A DNA stretch of 64,000 nucleotides, taken from contig JAHFKN010000003.1 in assembly GCA_023245355.1 (NCBI GenBank), forward strand, positions 57,368 to 121,367, read 5' to 3'. Shown in pieces: positions 38,557-49,487 of the stretch. Both the position numbers and the translations under genes were made by a program. Source of the DNA: Candidatus Gottesmanbacteria bacterium. Its GTDB lineage: Bacteria > Patescibacteriota > Microgenomatia > UBA10105 > UBA927. Below the pieces are notes generated by a model, which did not search any database, had not been told where the DNA came from, and saw nothing but the letters and a program-made list of their open reading frames with translations. Position 1 is the stretch's first letter, and each line of letters starts with the position of its first letter.

Positions 38557-39123
38557 ATGCGACTTGCCTCATTCATTTCCCAGCTCACCGAACCTATGGT
38601 TTTGGTCACGGCACTTGTTGTGTCGGGCGCCTGGCAGCGCGGTTTACGGGGAATCCCGTTTGTTTCATTCGTGATGTATGTCGGTCTCTTTTTTTTGGCG
38701 TCACTCGGACTGCGTATCTTTGCGGTACGCAGACTCAAAACGAACTGGGATATATCCGACCGGGAAAAACGGGTGAAATCACTGGTGCCGTTTGTGGGAA
38801 TTTGTGCCGTATTTTTCTTGTGTATGCTCTTCTGGCGTAACGGCGGACTTATACAATTCGGGATGACACTTATTCTTTGGATGGTGGGATTTGTTCTGAT
38901 TACCCTGCGGACAAAAATATCCGGCCATCTTGCCATTCTCACCCTGACTTTGGGATACGCCGCTTCGTGGTACGGGTACATGGTTCTTCCGGCATTTGGC
39001 ATTCTGCCGTTTGTCGCCTGGTCGCGGTTGGTTCTTAAGCGGCATACGATGATAGAAGTAATCGGGGGCATTATGTATTCACTTGCGTTTCTCATGCTCA
39101 TCCGTTTTGCGGGGTGGGCGTAG
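38557..39123 (+). CDS. PAP2-like membrane protein
   Basis: KISGH, WSRLVLKRHT..EV..G. Confidence 0.7.
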   Translation: MRLASFISQLTEPMVLVTALVVSGAWQRGLRGIPFVSFVMYVGLFFLASLGLRIFAVRRLKTNWDISDREKRVKSLVPFVGICAVFFLCMLFWRNGGLIQFGMTLILWMVGFVLITLRTKISGHLAILTLTLGYAASWYGYMVLPAFGILPFVAWSRLVLKRHTMIEVIGGIMYSLAFLMLIRFAGWA

Positions 39124-39131
39124 TATCCCGT

Positions 39132-41009
39132 ATGGTCAAACTTGGAAGTGCATTCTCCGACAATCTTGTTTCGTCGCATAAAGTCCGGTCCAAACAAAAG
39201 CCGGATGAACTGCCGTGGTGGGCAGGGGCCGGGCGCGCGCTTATGTTTGCCACGGTATTATGTGTCGGTTTTTTTGTACTCATTTGGCGGTTGTTCGATC
39301 TGACATTGGTACACGGCAGGGAATACCGTCAGCTTTCGGACAATAACCGTACGCGGGATGTCGTCCGGCATGCGCCCCGCGGCATACTGCTGGACCGCAC
39401 CGGCAAACCGCTCGTGCGCAATATTCCGCAGTACCGGCTTATCAAACCCTGCGGCGCGGAATCTATCGGCGAGTGTGTTTCGTTCCTCACTCAGGACGAA
39501 GGGGACCGCCTTATGCGGTCAGGAGGGTTACCCGCCGGCCAGTTTGTAGAAGTCGATTATGTCAGGCGGTATCTGTACGGAGAGGCGACCGCGCATGTGG
39601 TCGGGTACACGGGAGAATTATCACAAGAAGAACTGTCGAGTGATTATTATAAATCGCGAAATTACGGACTGGGAGACCGGGTAGGACGCATGGGAGCGGA
39701 AGAAGTGTATAACGAACGGCTGCGGGGAAGAGACGGCAAGGAATTAGTAGAAATTGACTCAACCGGAAAAATCCTGAGAACATTGGGACGTCAGGAAGAA
39801 TTGGCGGGTGAAAATATTTCTCTGGCATTGGACGGAGCACTTGCAAAAGCTGCTGCCGACGCATTTCCCCCGGGTCACAAAGGTGCCATTATCGTGACGA
39901 AGCCTTCAAGCGGTGAAGTGCTTGCCATGTACTCCAGTCCCGGATTTTCTCCTGATGCATTTACCGTCGGGATGTCGCAGGCAGAATATGCAGCCCTCAT
40001 CAGCAACCCGGATTTGCCTATGTTTAACCGTGCGATAGGCGGCTCATATCCTCCCGGTTCGACATTTAAAATCGTGACGTCGCTGGCCGGATTGGAAGAA
40101 GGAGCAATTACCAAATCAACGACGGTAGAGGATAACGGCGTCATTACGATCGGTCCGTTTACGTTTCCGAACTGGTATTTTCTCCAATACGGGAAAACGG
40201 AAGGAATCGTGAATGTCGTGAAAGCGCTGCAGCGGAGTAATGATATCTTTTTTTACAAAGCGGGTGAATGGATAGGTGTTACCAAACTTGCCCAGTGGGC
40301 CAGGAAGGTCGGTATCGGGGCGCCTCTTGGTATCGAATTGTCCGGTGAAGCAGGCGGACTTATGCCTGATCCGGCGTGGAAAAAAATACGGTTTGCAACG
40401 GAAGCGGACAAAATAGCCCGCAATGACGAATGGTATTTGGGAGATACGTATCATATTTCCATCGGGCAGGGATATTTACTGACAACGCCGCTTGCGGTCA
40501 ACACATGGACCAATATCATTGCAAACGGCGGTAAGCTGTGCAGGCCGACAATCCGCAAAATTACCAGTCTGCGTGAAGAGCGGGAACAATGTAAGGATCT
40601 GGGGCTGAAAAAAGAGTCAATCAATATCATTATGGAGGGTATGGAAAAGGCCTGCGCTACGGGAGGCACCGGGTGGCCGTTATTTAATTTTGCCGTCAGT
40701 AAAGCGACGGGAACGCCCGCAGATGTTCAGGAGTCCTCACCGTCGGCCGCCGTAAAGGTACAGATTCCGGTGGCATGCAAAACCGGTACAGCTGAATTCG
40801 GCGATCCCAAGAACCGCACGCATGCATGGTTTACGGCATTTGCACCGATTCCCGAGCAGTATATCCCCGATGACATAAAAGCAACGGAGAATTATATCGA
40901 CGGAAATCCCGAAATTTCGGTCACCGTATTGGTGGAAGGTGCGGGAGAAGGAAGCAATGTTGCGGCCCCAATTGCCAAGAAAATTTTTGAGGAATGGTTC
41001 TCAAGATAA
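39132..41009 (+). CDS. mrdA: penicillin-binding protein 2
   Basis: APRG.LLDR, PGSTFK, SND, KTGTAE. Confidence 0.93.
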   Translation: MVKLGSAFSDNLVSSHKVRSKQKPDELPWWAGAGRALMFATVLCVGFFVLIWRLFDLTLVHGREYRQLSDNNRTRDVVRHAPRGILLDRTGKPLVRNIPQYRLIKPCGAESIGECVSFLTQDEGDRLMRSGGLPAGQFVEVDYVRRYLYGEATAHVVGYTGELSQEELSSDYYKSRNYGLGDRVGRMGAEEVYNERLRGRDGKELVEIDSTGKILRTLGRQEELAGENISLALDGALAKAAADAFPPGHKGAIIVTKPSSGEVLAMYSSPGFSPDAFTVGMSQAEYAALISNPDLPMFNRAIGGSYPPGSTFKIVTSLAGLEEGAITKSTTVEDNGVITIGPFTFPNWYFLQYGKTEGIVNVVKALQRSNDIFFYKAGEWIGVTKLAQWARKVGIGAPLGIELSGEAGGLMPDPAWKKIRFATEADKIARNDEWYLGDTYHISIGQGYLLTTPLAVNTWTNIIANGGKLCRPTIRKITSLREEREQCKDLGLKKESINIIMEGMEKACATGGTGWPLFNFAVSKATGTPADVQESSPSAAVKVQIPVACKTGTAEFGDPKNRTHAWFTAFAPIPEQYIPDDIKATENYIDGNPEISVTVLVEGAGEGSNVAAPIAKKIFEEWFSR

Positions 41010-41028
41010 GCCTTGATATAATGCCATC

Positions 41029-42399
41029 ATGGCAAAAAAGCCGCGCATCATTATCATCGGCGCCGGGCCCGCCGGGTTAGGGGCTGCCTGGAGGCTTACC
41101 GAATTAGGCATCTCTGATTTTACCGTCTATGAAAAGCAGGGGTATGCCGGAGGGCTTGCTACCTCATTTACGGACGACGCGGGATTCACCTGGGATATCG
41201 GCGGGCACGTCCTCCATTCGCATTATCCGTATTTTGACCGGATGTTTGAGTCGGTCATGACCAGCGAGTATTTCACACACCAGCGCGAGAGCTGGGTGTG
41301 GATCTACGATCGGTTCGTGCCGTACCCGTTCCAAAACAACATTCACCGTCTCCCTCCGAAAGCGCTCCGGGAATGCTTGCAGGGGCTGCATGAAATTTCG
41401 CAAAAAAAGCCCAAAAAACTCCGTACATTTGCGGATTGGATTACCGCATCGTTCGGGTCCGGTATCGCCAAACATTTTTTGCTTCCGTATAACCGCAAAG
41501 TGTGGGCATATCCGCCGGATAAGATGAATTACCAGTGGGTCGGTGACCGGGTGGCAACGGTGGATGTTTCCCGGATAGAGCGGAACATACAAACGCAGCG
41601 TGACGATGTTTCCTGGGGTCCGAATGCCGTGTTCCAGTTTCCGAAAAAAGGCGGCACCGGTGCTATATGGGAACGCGTTGCCGGCAGATTCCGCCGCCGC
41701 ATTGTATTTCACCGCGAGGTCATCTCGCTTAACCTGAAGAAAAAAACCATCGTGTTGTCTGACGGATCTACCGACTCGTATGACCTCCTGTTTACGACCA
41801 TGCCGCTTGACGTACTCGCCAAAAAACAAACGGATATCCCGCTTCCTGCTGCGTCCCGGTTGCATCATTCGTCCGTAACGATTGTGGGCATCGGTATAGC
41901 AGGGAATACGCCTGAAGCGCTTTCGACCAAGTGCTGGATGTATTTTCCTGAAAACAAAGCACCGTTTTTCAGGGCAACGGTATTTTCCAATTATTCCCGG
42001 TACAATGCGCCAAAAGGCGCATGGTCACTTATGACGGAAGTAGCGTCTTCCCGCTATGTGCCGCTGCCGCACGGAGATATTGCCAAAGAAGTGCTGGCGG
42101 GAGCCCGGAGCGTAAAACTCATTCCGAAAGGCGCCTCGATAGAAGATCTCTGGACATTCCGTTCGGAATACGGGTATCCGACCCCGACGCTGTTGCGGGA
42201 CAAATATCTTTCAGGCGTATTGCCTGTATTAGAACAATTCGGTGTGTATTCCCGCGGCCGGTTCGGCGCGTGGAAGTATGAAGTGAGCAACCAGGACCAT
42301 ACGTTTATGCAGGGGGTGGAGTGGGTAAATCATATCCTGAATAAAGAGGAAGAAATTACCCTGCATAATCCCGGGAAAGTAAACGGGGGAAAACGATGA
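41029..42399 (+). CDS. FAD-dependent oxidoreductase, UDP-galactopyranose mutase (eukaryote-type)/HemY-like
   Basis: GAGPAG, DIGGH, YPFQNN, WGPNAVFQFP..GGTG, GRFGAWKYEVSNQDH. Confidence 0.8.
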   Translation: MAKKPRIIIIGAGPAGLGAAWRLTELGISDFTVYEKQGYAGGLATSFTDDAGFTWDIGGHVLHSHYPYFDRMFESVMTSEYFTHQRESWVWIYDRFVPYPFQNNIHRLPPKALRECLQGLHEISQKKPKKLRTFADWITASFGSGIAKHFLLPYNRKVWAYPPDKMNYQWVGDRVATVDVSRIERNIQTQRDDVSWGPNAVFQFPKKGGTGAIWERVAGRFRRRIVFHREVISLNLKKKTIVLSDGSTDSYDLLFTTMPLDVLAKKQTDIPLPAASRLHHSSVTIVGIGIAGNTPEALSTKCWMYFPENKAPFFRATVFSNYSRYNAPKGAWSLMTEVASSRYVPLPHGDIAKEVLAGARSVKLIPKGASIEDLWTFRSEYGYPTPTLLRDKYLSGVLPVLEQFGVYSRGRFGAWKYEVSNQDHTFMQGVEWVNHILNKEEEITLHNPGKVNGGKR

Positions 42400-43565
42400 A
42401 TATTTTAGTCATTACCGCAACATATCCGCCGAGTGCTAACGGGGTTGCCGTGTCGACAAAGCGTACGGTGACGGCGCTGAGGAAATTAGGGCATAGGGTG
42501 GTGGTGTACGGGCCGAAGCGTTCAGGAATACCTGAAGAACAGGATTATATCGCGGCCCCGACTATCAGGATTCCGCTGCTGGGGATATCCGATTATCCGA
42601 TTGCGATTCCGCATCCCGTAGCTGTATTGTGCGCGCTATTGCCGGATATCCGATGGGATATTATTCATGTACATCATCCGGTTATTGCCGGCCCGTTTGC
42701 AGTCCGCATGGGTAAAAAACTCGGCGTCCCCGTCGTATTTACCTATCACACACGGTATGACCAATATATCGAACATTTCCTGGGGGCACCGCTGTATTTC
42801 CGGCGGTGGTTATATCGATGGCTGTATGAAGGCGGTCTGGTGAGTATCATACGGTCGTTTGACGGTGTTATTGCAACGACCCGGTGGCTCAAAACGATGC
42901 TCACTAAAACCATACCCGGTCTCCGGGTGTATTACGCGTCCACCGCAGGTCTGACAAAATCCTTTTTCGTACGGCGTTCCAAGCAAACACTCCGCCGTAC
43001 GCTCGGGTTATCGGAAGCGGAACCGGTGTTTTTGAGTGTTTCCCGTTTGTCCAAAGAAAAACGAACCGATATTTTACTGCGCGGTTTTTTGCACTGGGCA
43101 GATACGCATGATCAGGGGATTCTCGTCATGGTCGGCGACGGGGGTAACAGATCATATCTGGAATCCCTCTCGCGCGCGTCGGTTCATCATGCGCGCGTGC
43201 GTTTCGTCGGGAAAATTCTGAATGATGATTTGCCGCAGTGGTATAGCTGTGCCGATATATTTTTGTACAGTTCAATTACCGACACGATCGGCATAAATAT
43301 TCTCGAAGCCATGTCAGCCGGTTTGCCGGTAGTCGCGCCCGATCATCTGACCACGCGGGAAATTATAGTTCCCGGGGCCAACGGGCAGTTGTATAAAGGA
43401 AACGAGTCCGGCATGGCAAAGGCAATAGATACCGCATTACGCTACAGGAACAGGCTTGCCCGCGGTGCGTTCCACACTGCAAAAGGCTATGATGTCATGA
43501 TTACAATCAGACAATTATTGGGTATTTATGAAACACTCATCCGCCAATACAAACGTCATACATAG
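42396..43565 (+). CDS. glycosyltransferase family 4
   Basis: NGVA.S, TYHT.Y, SRLSKEK, LEAMSAGLPVV. Confidence 0.9.
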   Translation: MNILVITATYPPSANGVAVSTKRTVTALRKLGHRVVVYGPKRSGIPEEQDYIAAPTIRIPLLGISDYPIAIPHPVAVLCALLPDIRWDIIHVHHPVIAGPFAVRMGKKLGVPVVFTYHTRYDQYIEHFLGAPLYFRRWLYRWLYEGGLVSIIRSFDGVIATTRWLKTMLTKTIPGLRVYYASTAGLTKSFFVRRSKQTLRRTLGLSEAEPVFLSVSRLSKEKRTDILLRGFLHWADTHDQGILVMVGDGGNRSYLESLSRASVHHARVRFVGKILNDDLPQWYSCADIFLYSSITDTIGINILEAMSAGLPVVAPDHLTTREIIVPGANGQLYKGNESGMAKAIDTALRYRNRLARGAFHTAKGYDVMITIRQLLGIYETLIRQYKRHT

Positions 43566-43575
43566 TGCCCGCGAT

Positions 43576-44691
43576 ATGGCGCGGCAATCGCTTCTTGCCT
43601 GTGTTTCTGATATCGGGATTACCGCAGGGACGCATCATTTTGTGGATCTATGGGCGCGCGACAGTTTGTTTGCCACGTTCGGCGTAAACGTACTGGGGCT
43701 CCCTGATATATCCAAAAAAACAATGGAAACATTTTTGCGTTTCCAGCGGCCGGACGGGTTGGTCCCGTATCTGGTGTTACGGAGCCGCCACACGATCGGA
43801 AAATATTTCGGACGTCATGCGTATTACGAAACTCCCGTTGCTCATTTCCGCTCACATATGTCTTTCGGTATCGTACCGGACGGCGGCATATTGGTAATTA
43901 TTGCAGCCGCGCAGTATGCAGAAAAATCCGGCGATGTACGGTTTCTGAAGAACCAGTATAAGCGGCTTGTTTCTGCATTTGCCTGGTATGAAGCGCGTTT
44001 TGGGAACGGACTGGTCAGGGAATGGTTCCAGTGCGAATGGGCCGATGCGTTGCTTAAATCCGGGAAAACACTGTATACCAACATATTGTATTTTCGGGCA
44101 GCCACGGATATGTCTTCTATAGCGAAACGTCTGGGAAAATTACGGGATGCCGCGCGTTTTGCCGCGCGTGCAGCAGAGGTGCGCACGCGTGTCGTATCCG
44201 AGTTATGGACGGGAGAGTTTTTTGCAGATTGGAAAGACTGGAAACGACAGGATTATTTCGCCACGCACCCTAACATGCTCGCAATTATTTTCGGTTTAGC
44301 GACTGGGCATCAGGCAGAGATGATCCTCCATACGGCGAAAACCCGGGTTTGGAACGGCTGGACGGCAGAAAACAACGCGCCGAAATATCCGTTCTGGCGG
44401 GTGCCGATTTTTCATACTGCTATCGGTATGCACGACTATCATAACGGGTTACTCTGGCTTCAACCGGGAATTCTTTATGCAGTTGCGCTGCATACTCGTG
44501 GGCATATAAAAGAAGCAAAAGCCGTGTTGACAGGCATAGCGGAAAAAATTGTTTCTTCCGGCGGTGCGCACGAGGTGTATGAGCAAAACGGTCATCCTGT
44601 ACGGCGCACGGTATACCGGTCTGAACATCCGTTTGCATGGAGTGCCGGGCTTTTTGTATGGGCATCGCATATACTAATGAAGGAACTATGA
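43576..44691 (+). CDS. (alpha/alpha)6 glycoside hydrolase (debranching enzyme/GH100-like)
   Basis: WARDS, EWAD, YHNG..W, HEVY, FAWSAG. Confidence 0.75.
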   Translation: MARQSLLACVSDIGITAGTHHFVDLWARDSLFATFGVNVLGLPDISKKTMETFLRFQRPDGLVPYLVLRSRHTIGKYFGRHAYYETPVAHFRSHMSFGIVPDGGILVIIAAAQYAEKSGDVRFLKNQYKRLVSAFAWYEARFGNGLVREWFQCEWADALLKSGKTLYTNILYFRAATDMSSIAKRLGKLRDAARFAARAAEVRTRVVSELWTGEFFADWKDWKRQDYFATHPNMLAIIFGLATGHQAEMILHTAKTRVWNGWTAENNAPKYPFWRVPIFHTAIGMHDYHNGLLWLQPGILYAVALHTRGHIKEAKAVLTGIAEKIVSSGGAHEVYEQNGHPVRRTVYRSEHPFAWSAGLFVWASHILMKEL

Positions 44692-45404
44692 AATCATCCA
44701 TATCGGTTATTATCGCGGCATACAATGAAGAACGTACGCTCTCTTCCATTGTCGAGATCGTCCTTGCCTGGGGAAAAGCAAAAGAGATCATCATTGTAGA
44801 TGACGGTTCTACAGATCAAACCACCAAGAGTGTCAGACAATTCGTGCCCAGGATACATCTAATTCGCCACACACAAAATTCCGGAAAAGCTTCCGCAATG
44901 GCAGACGGGATAAGGAAATGCAGCGGGGATGTAATTGTTTTTTTGGATGCTGATACGGTCGGGTTAACCCACAGAGATTTGGATCGTATGGCAGATCCGG
45001 TGGTTTCCGGTGCTGCCGATATGGTATTGGGAGCGGCCAGATTCTGGTCGGCGGGAAAATTTGAACCGTTTAACAACCTCACCGGTCAGCGGGTACTCCG
45101 CCGTGAAACTGTCGTTCCCGTACTCGAAAAAATACAGCATCTCGGATACGGCATCGAGCTTTTTCTTAATAAGCTCTATGACGGGAAACGGGTTGTTACC
45201 GTGCGGTTGCCTCATGTATTTATATTGGGGAAACTGGAAAAACAATCGCTGCCTGATGCGCTGTTATCGTACGTGAAGGAAATCCGAGAATTATTGTCCC
45301 AATTGGTCACCCAGTATGCGGATGAAATCGGCCCGCACGCAAAACATATTTTCCGTGAAATTATCCGGTATATCGGCCGGATGCTCGATGCGCTTACCGC
45401 ATAA
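44688..45404 (+). CDS. glycosyltransferase family 2
   Basis: IIAAYNEE, VDDGSTD, GKASA, FLDAD, GQR. Confidence 0.9.
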   Translation: MKSSISVIIAAYNEERTLSSIVEIVLAWGKAKEIIIVDDGSTDQTTKSVRQFVPRIHLIRHTQNSGKASAMADGIRKCSGDVIVFLDADTVGLTHRDLDRMADPVVSGAADMVLGAARFWSAGKFEPFNNLTGQRVLRRETVVPVLEKIQHLGYGIELFLNKLYDGKRVVTVRLPHVFILGKLEKQSLPDALLSYVKEIRELLSQLVTQYADEIGPHAKHIFREIIRYIGRMLDALTA

Positions 45405-45406
45405 CT

Positions 45407-46507
45407 ATGGATGCCGATCTGCCCTATATGGTGGGGTTTAGCAGATTTCCCGGTATTGGTCCGGCCCGGTTTAAACTCCTCTATGATTATTTCGGGTCTG
45501 CGAAGACCGCATGGGGAGCATCGTTATCAGAACTTCTCGGTATAAAACTCGGCAACACTCTGAGCCGTCAGTTTGTCGAATTTCGGAAAACAGCCGACGT
45601 AGACGGATATCTTAAAACGTTGGAAACGCTTCATGTAGTGCCGCTCACCATCCGTGATCCGAAGTACCCCCGGCTGCTTCGTGAAATACCGGATGCGCCG
45701 TTTGTACTCTACGTACTCGGAAAAAAGGGAAATACGCCCATAAATCTTGAGCGGACTATTGCCGTCGTCGGAACGCGCCGCATAACAGCGTACGGGAAAG
45801 AAGTGACACAGCATCTGGTGCGGGGTCTGGTAAAAAACGGAATCACCATCGTTTCCGGGATGGCCTACGGTATTGATGCCGCAGCCCATTGGAGCGCGTT
45901 GGAAGCCGGCGGAAAAACGATTGCGGTTTTGGGTTGCGGTATTGACATCATCGCTCCCGCAGGTAATGCTAGGTTGTATCAGTCGATAGCGGGCGGCGGA
46001 GGGGCGATTGTTACGGAAATGCCGCTCGGCCATCGGCCGCTCAAAGGCCTGTTTCCGGCTCGTAACCGTATTATCAGCGGGTTAAGCCTCGGAACATTGG
46101 TTGTCGAGGGGGCATCTGACAGCGGAGCCCTGATCACTGCACGGAACGCGGCTGAACAGGGGCGGGAAGTGTTTGCCGTTCCCGGTCCGATTACGAGTGT
46201 GTATAGCAAGGCTTCGGCCGGACTTATAAAAAACGGCGCAACGCTGGTTGAGTCGGCAGAAGATATTCTTTCGGCGGTAGGATTAGCGCATACGGGAAGG
46301 ACAGAAGCGGTGAAAACACCTGTGCGCGGGAGCTCTGAGGAAGAGCAAAAAATATTGGATTTGTTGGTATCAGGACGGTTGCCGATTGATGATATTGTGA
46401 GGGGGTCAGGCTTGACCGCCGGAAAGGTCGCTGCTATCCTTACCGTTCTTGAAATCAGGGGATCGGTCAGGGATTACGGGGAAAAACTATACGGTCTATG
46501 CAATTAA
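45407..46507 (+). CDS. dprA: DNA processing protein DprA
   Basis: AVVGTR, VSGMAYGID, FPARNRIISGLS, SGALITA. Confidence 0.95.
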   Translation: MDADLPYMVGFSRFPGIGPARFKLLYDYFGSAKTAWGASLSELLGIKLGNTLSRQFVEFRKTADVDGYLKTLETLHVVPLTIRDPKYPRLLREIPDAPFVLYVLGKKGNTPINLERTIAVVGTRRITAYGKEVTQHLVRGLVKNGITIVSGMAYGIDAAAHWSALEAGGKTIAVLGCGIDIIAPAGNARLYQSIAGGGGAIVTEMPLGHRPLKGLFPARNRIISGLSLGTLVVEGASDSGALITARNAAEQGREVFAVPGPITSVYSKASAGLIKNGATLVESAEDILSAVGLAHTGRTEAVKTPVRGSSEEEQKILDLLVSGRLPIDDIVRGSGLTAGKVAAILTVLEIRGSVRDYGEKLYGLCN

Positions 46508-48531
46508 TAATCGTTGAATCACCGACGAAAGCCAGAACACTGTCGCGGTTTTTGGGAAGTAACTACCGCATCGAGGCATCTATGGGGCACGTGCGCGATT
46601 TGCCCAAAAGCACGTTAGGGGTCGATGTGGACCACGATTTTACCCCGAGTTACATAATTCCGCGGGATAAAACCAAACAGGTAAATGCCTTAAAAGACGC
46701 GGCCGCGAAAGCCGATGAAGTGATATTGGCAACCGATCCTGACCGCGAAGGAGAAGCTATAGCTTTTCATGTGGCAGCGATCCTCCGCGAGATGGATGAG
46801 AAAAAAGCGAAAAAATCCAAAAGAAAGCAACCGGAAATCGCCGGAGGTTTCCGCAGGATTGTGTTTCATGAAATTACGGAAACGGCTATCAAAGAAGCGC
46901 TTGCTCATCCGCGGGAGTTGGATCTTCGGATGGTAGATGCACAGCAGGCGCGACGTGTTCTGGACCGGCTTGTCGGGTACAAATTGTCGCCGCTTTTGTG
47001 GAAAAAACTTTCCAAACGGTGGTTATCCGCCGGACGCGTTCAGTCCGTTGCCGTCCGGCTTATTGTCGAGCGCGAGCGGGAAATCCGAAAATTCGAATCC
47101 AAGGAATATTGGACCATAGCCGGATTATTCGCACTGCCCGGCGGCGGTGATATATCAGCCGTGCTCGTTTCCAAAGACGGCGTGAAATACGAACGGTCCT
47201 TAGTGTTTGATCTGTTTGACGGTAAATATACGACGGCCGGTTCATTGTTGTCAGACGAAGCATCGGTGAAAGCGGTCATCGCAGATTTCGCTTCTCCATA
47301 TACGGTATCTGCGGTAGACAAAAAAGAAATCCGCCGCAATCCTGCTGCTCCCTATACGACAAGTACCCTGCAGCAGGATGCCGGGAGACGTTTATACTTT
47401 TCGTCCAAAAAAACGATGCAGATTGCTCAGAAGCTGTATGAAGAGGGATATATTACCTATCACCGGACGGACAGCGTCAATATAAGCGAAAAATTTATTG
47501 ATGAAGCACGCTCGTTTATCACATCAGAATTCGGTCCGTTGTATGTGCCGAAATCACCCCGCCGCTACAAAACGAAATCAAAAGTAGCGCAGGAGGCACA
47601 TGAGGCAATCCGTCCGACTGCCGCAAGCCGCAGAGCAGAGGCCATACAGGAAGGGGACTTTAACCGCGATCATATGCGCCTCTATGACCTTATCTGGAAA
47701 CGTGCCGTGGCAAGTCAGATGGCAGAAGCGGTATTTGATTCGACGACCATTGATATTACCAGCAGCAACGGGTATCAGTTTGAAACGAGCGGATCAGTGA
47801 TTAAATTTGACGGATTTCTGAAAATAACCGGCCGGGAAGCCGAAGAAACGGTTATTCCCGATGTTTCAGAGGGGCAGCAATTATCCCTCAAAGACAGTGT
47901 ACCCACACAGCATTTTACCTCGCCGCCGCCCAGATATACGGAAGCGTCCCTCATAAAAACGCTGGAAGAAAAAGGAATCGGCAGACCGAGTACGTATGCG
48001 CCGATCATGTCGACCATTGTGGACCGTCAGTATGTCACCCGTGATGAAAAAAAGCTGGTACCGACTGAGTTAGGATTTGCGGTGACGGATTTTTTGGTTC
48101 AGTATTTTCCCAATATTCTGGACCTTCCGTTTACCGCACATATGGAAGATGACCTGGATGCGATAGCAAACGGAGAGAAGGAATGGGTTCCCGTAATCAG
48201 GGAATTTTATACGCCGTTTAGTGAAAGTATCGAAAAAACATATACCGACGCGGAAAAAGTAAAGTTGTTGGAGGAAAAAATCGATGAGAAGTGTCCCGTT
48301 TGCGGTCATGACCTGGTTATACGGACCGGCAGATTCGGCAAATTTATCGCGTGTACCAATTTTCCGGAATGTACGTATACGCGGCAATACGGCGAGAAAG
48401 CAGACATCAAGTGCCCGCGCTGCGGCGGGGATATTGTCATAAAGCAAAGCCGCAGGGGGAAGAAATTCTACGGATGCAGTAATTATCCGACCTGCACGTT
48501 TGCCGCGTGGAAAAAAGAAGATATTAAGTAG
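46498..48531 (+). CDS. topA: DNA topoisomerase I
   Basis: VESPTKA, ATDPDREGE, SAGRVQS, ITYHRTDS, two C-terminal Zn ribbons. Confidence 0.97.
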   Translation: MQLIIVESPTKARTLSRFLGSNYRIEASMGHVRDLPKSTLGVDVDHDFTPSYIIPRDKTKQVNALKDAAAKADEVILATDPDREGEAIAFHVAAILREMDEKKAKKSKRKQPEIAGGFRRIVFHEITETAIKEALAHPRELDLRMVDAQQARRVLDRLVGYKLSPLLWKKLSKRWLSAGRVQSVAVRLIVEREREIRKFESKEYWTIAGLFALPGGGDISAVLVSKDGVKYERSLVFDLFDGKYTTAGSLLSDEASVKAVIADFASPYTVSAVDKKEIRRNPAAPYTTSTLQQDAGRRLYFSSKKTMQIAQKLYEEGYITYHRTDSVNISEKFIDEARSFITSEFGPLYVPKSPRRYKTKSKVAQEAHEAIRPTAASRRAEAIQEGDFNRDHMRLYDLIWKRAVASQMAEAVFDSTTIDITSSNGYQFETSGSVIKFDGFLKITGREAEETVIPDVSEGQQLSLKDSVPTQHFTSPPPRYTEASLIKTLEEKGIGRPSTYAPIMSTIVDRQYVTRDEKKLVPTELGFAVTDFLVQYFPNILDLPFTAHMEDDLDAIANGEKEWVPVIREFYTPFSESIEKTYTDAEKVKLLEEKIDEKCPVCGHDLVIRTGRFGKFIACTNFPECTYTRQYGEKADIKCPRCGGDIVIKQSRRGKKFYGCSNYPTCTFAAWKKEDIK

Positions 48532-48565
48532 CTCTTCTTGATGATACGCGGTATACTACACTTGT

Positions 48566-48916
48566 ATGGACGAGAAGAAAAAGACCATAGCAGCGCTCAC
48601 CATTATTGTCGGCGGTATCGTACTGGTCGTTATTATCATCGGTGTATTGGTTTCCGGTAAAAAGGTAGTATCACCGGTGCCTGACGAGGGAGCAATCCGG
48701 GTCATATTTATCAGTCCGACGCCGTTTTCCGTTGCGACCGAAATGCCGCAGGTTACGGAAACGAGCCGTACAACCCCGAAGCCGACTGCTAAGCCGACGG
48801 CTAAACCGCAGGCCACTCCCACTGCTACTCCGAAAGCGACGGGTACCCCCGGAAGTGCCACGGTGACGCCGACACGGACTCCGACGCCAAGACCTACCGT
48901 ATCACCGACGCCCTGA
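48566..48916 (+). CDS. single-TM protein with Pro/Thr-rich tail
   Basis: TM followed by PTAKPTAK/TPT repeats. Confidence 0.65.
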   Translation: MDEKKKTIAALTIIVGGIVLVVIIIGVLVSGKKVVSPVPDEGAIRVIFISPTPFSVATEMPQVTETSRTTPKPTAKPTAKPQATPTATPKATGTPGSATVTPTRTPTPRPTVSPTP

Positions 48917-48919
48917 CCC

Positions 48920-49468
48920 ATGGACAGCCTGCTTTCTATCGACCGCTCCGTTTTTCTCAGCATAAATCTGCTGCCTCATACGGCTGTTACGGATTGGCTG
49001 GCGTTATTTTTTTCCGGTGCAGGTACTGCCGGATTTATCTGGATATGCATAGCAGTAGTTCTGTTTTTCAACGAAGAAAAGAAAAATCACCGTTTTTTTC
49101 TGCCGATAGCACTTGCCCTGGGAGCTAGCTGGCTTCTGGTTGAACGGATGCTCAAATACGCCGTAGCACGGCCCCGGCCTCATGTGCTGGACGGTGCGTT
49201 AATAGTCGGCAGCGCTTCGGGTTTTTCGTTCCCGTCCAGCCATGCTGCGGTTTCGTGGGCTATGGCCGTCGTGATGACCCGTTATGAGCCGCGGTTGCGT
49301 TGTGTCTGGTACCTGCTCGCCGCCGTGATTTCGTTTACCCGGATTTATCTTGGCGTGCATTATCCGCTGGATGTGATTGCGGGTGCTGCAATCGGGTGGG
49401 GAATCGGCAGCATTGCGTTGGTGTGGGCGGCTCCGCACCGGAAGAAGTCTCCTGCATCAAGCCGGTGA
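48920..49468 (+). CDS. PAP2 phosphatase
   Basis: K....RPRP, SFPSSH, TRIYLGVHYPLDV. Confidence 0.9.
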   Translation: MDSLLSIDRSVFLSINLLPHTAVTDWLALFFSGAGTAGFIWICIAVVLFFNEEKKNHRFFLPIALALGASWLLVERMLKYAVARPRPHVLDGALIVGSASGFSFPSSHAAVSWAMAVVMTRYEPRLRCVWYLLAAVISFTRIYLGVHYPLDVIAGAAIGWGIGSIALVWAAPHRKKSPASSR

Positions 49469-49487
49469 TGCGGCACGGTAATCGTCT

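Noticed and set aside
48770..48913. Short DNA repeats
   Set aside because: Explained by a Pro/Thr/Lys low-complexity protein tail.
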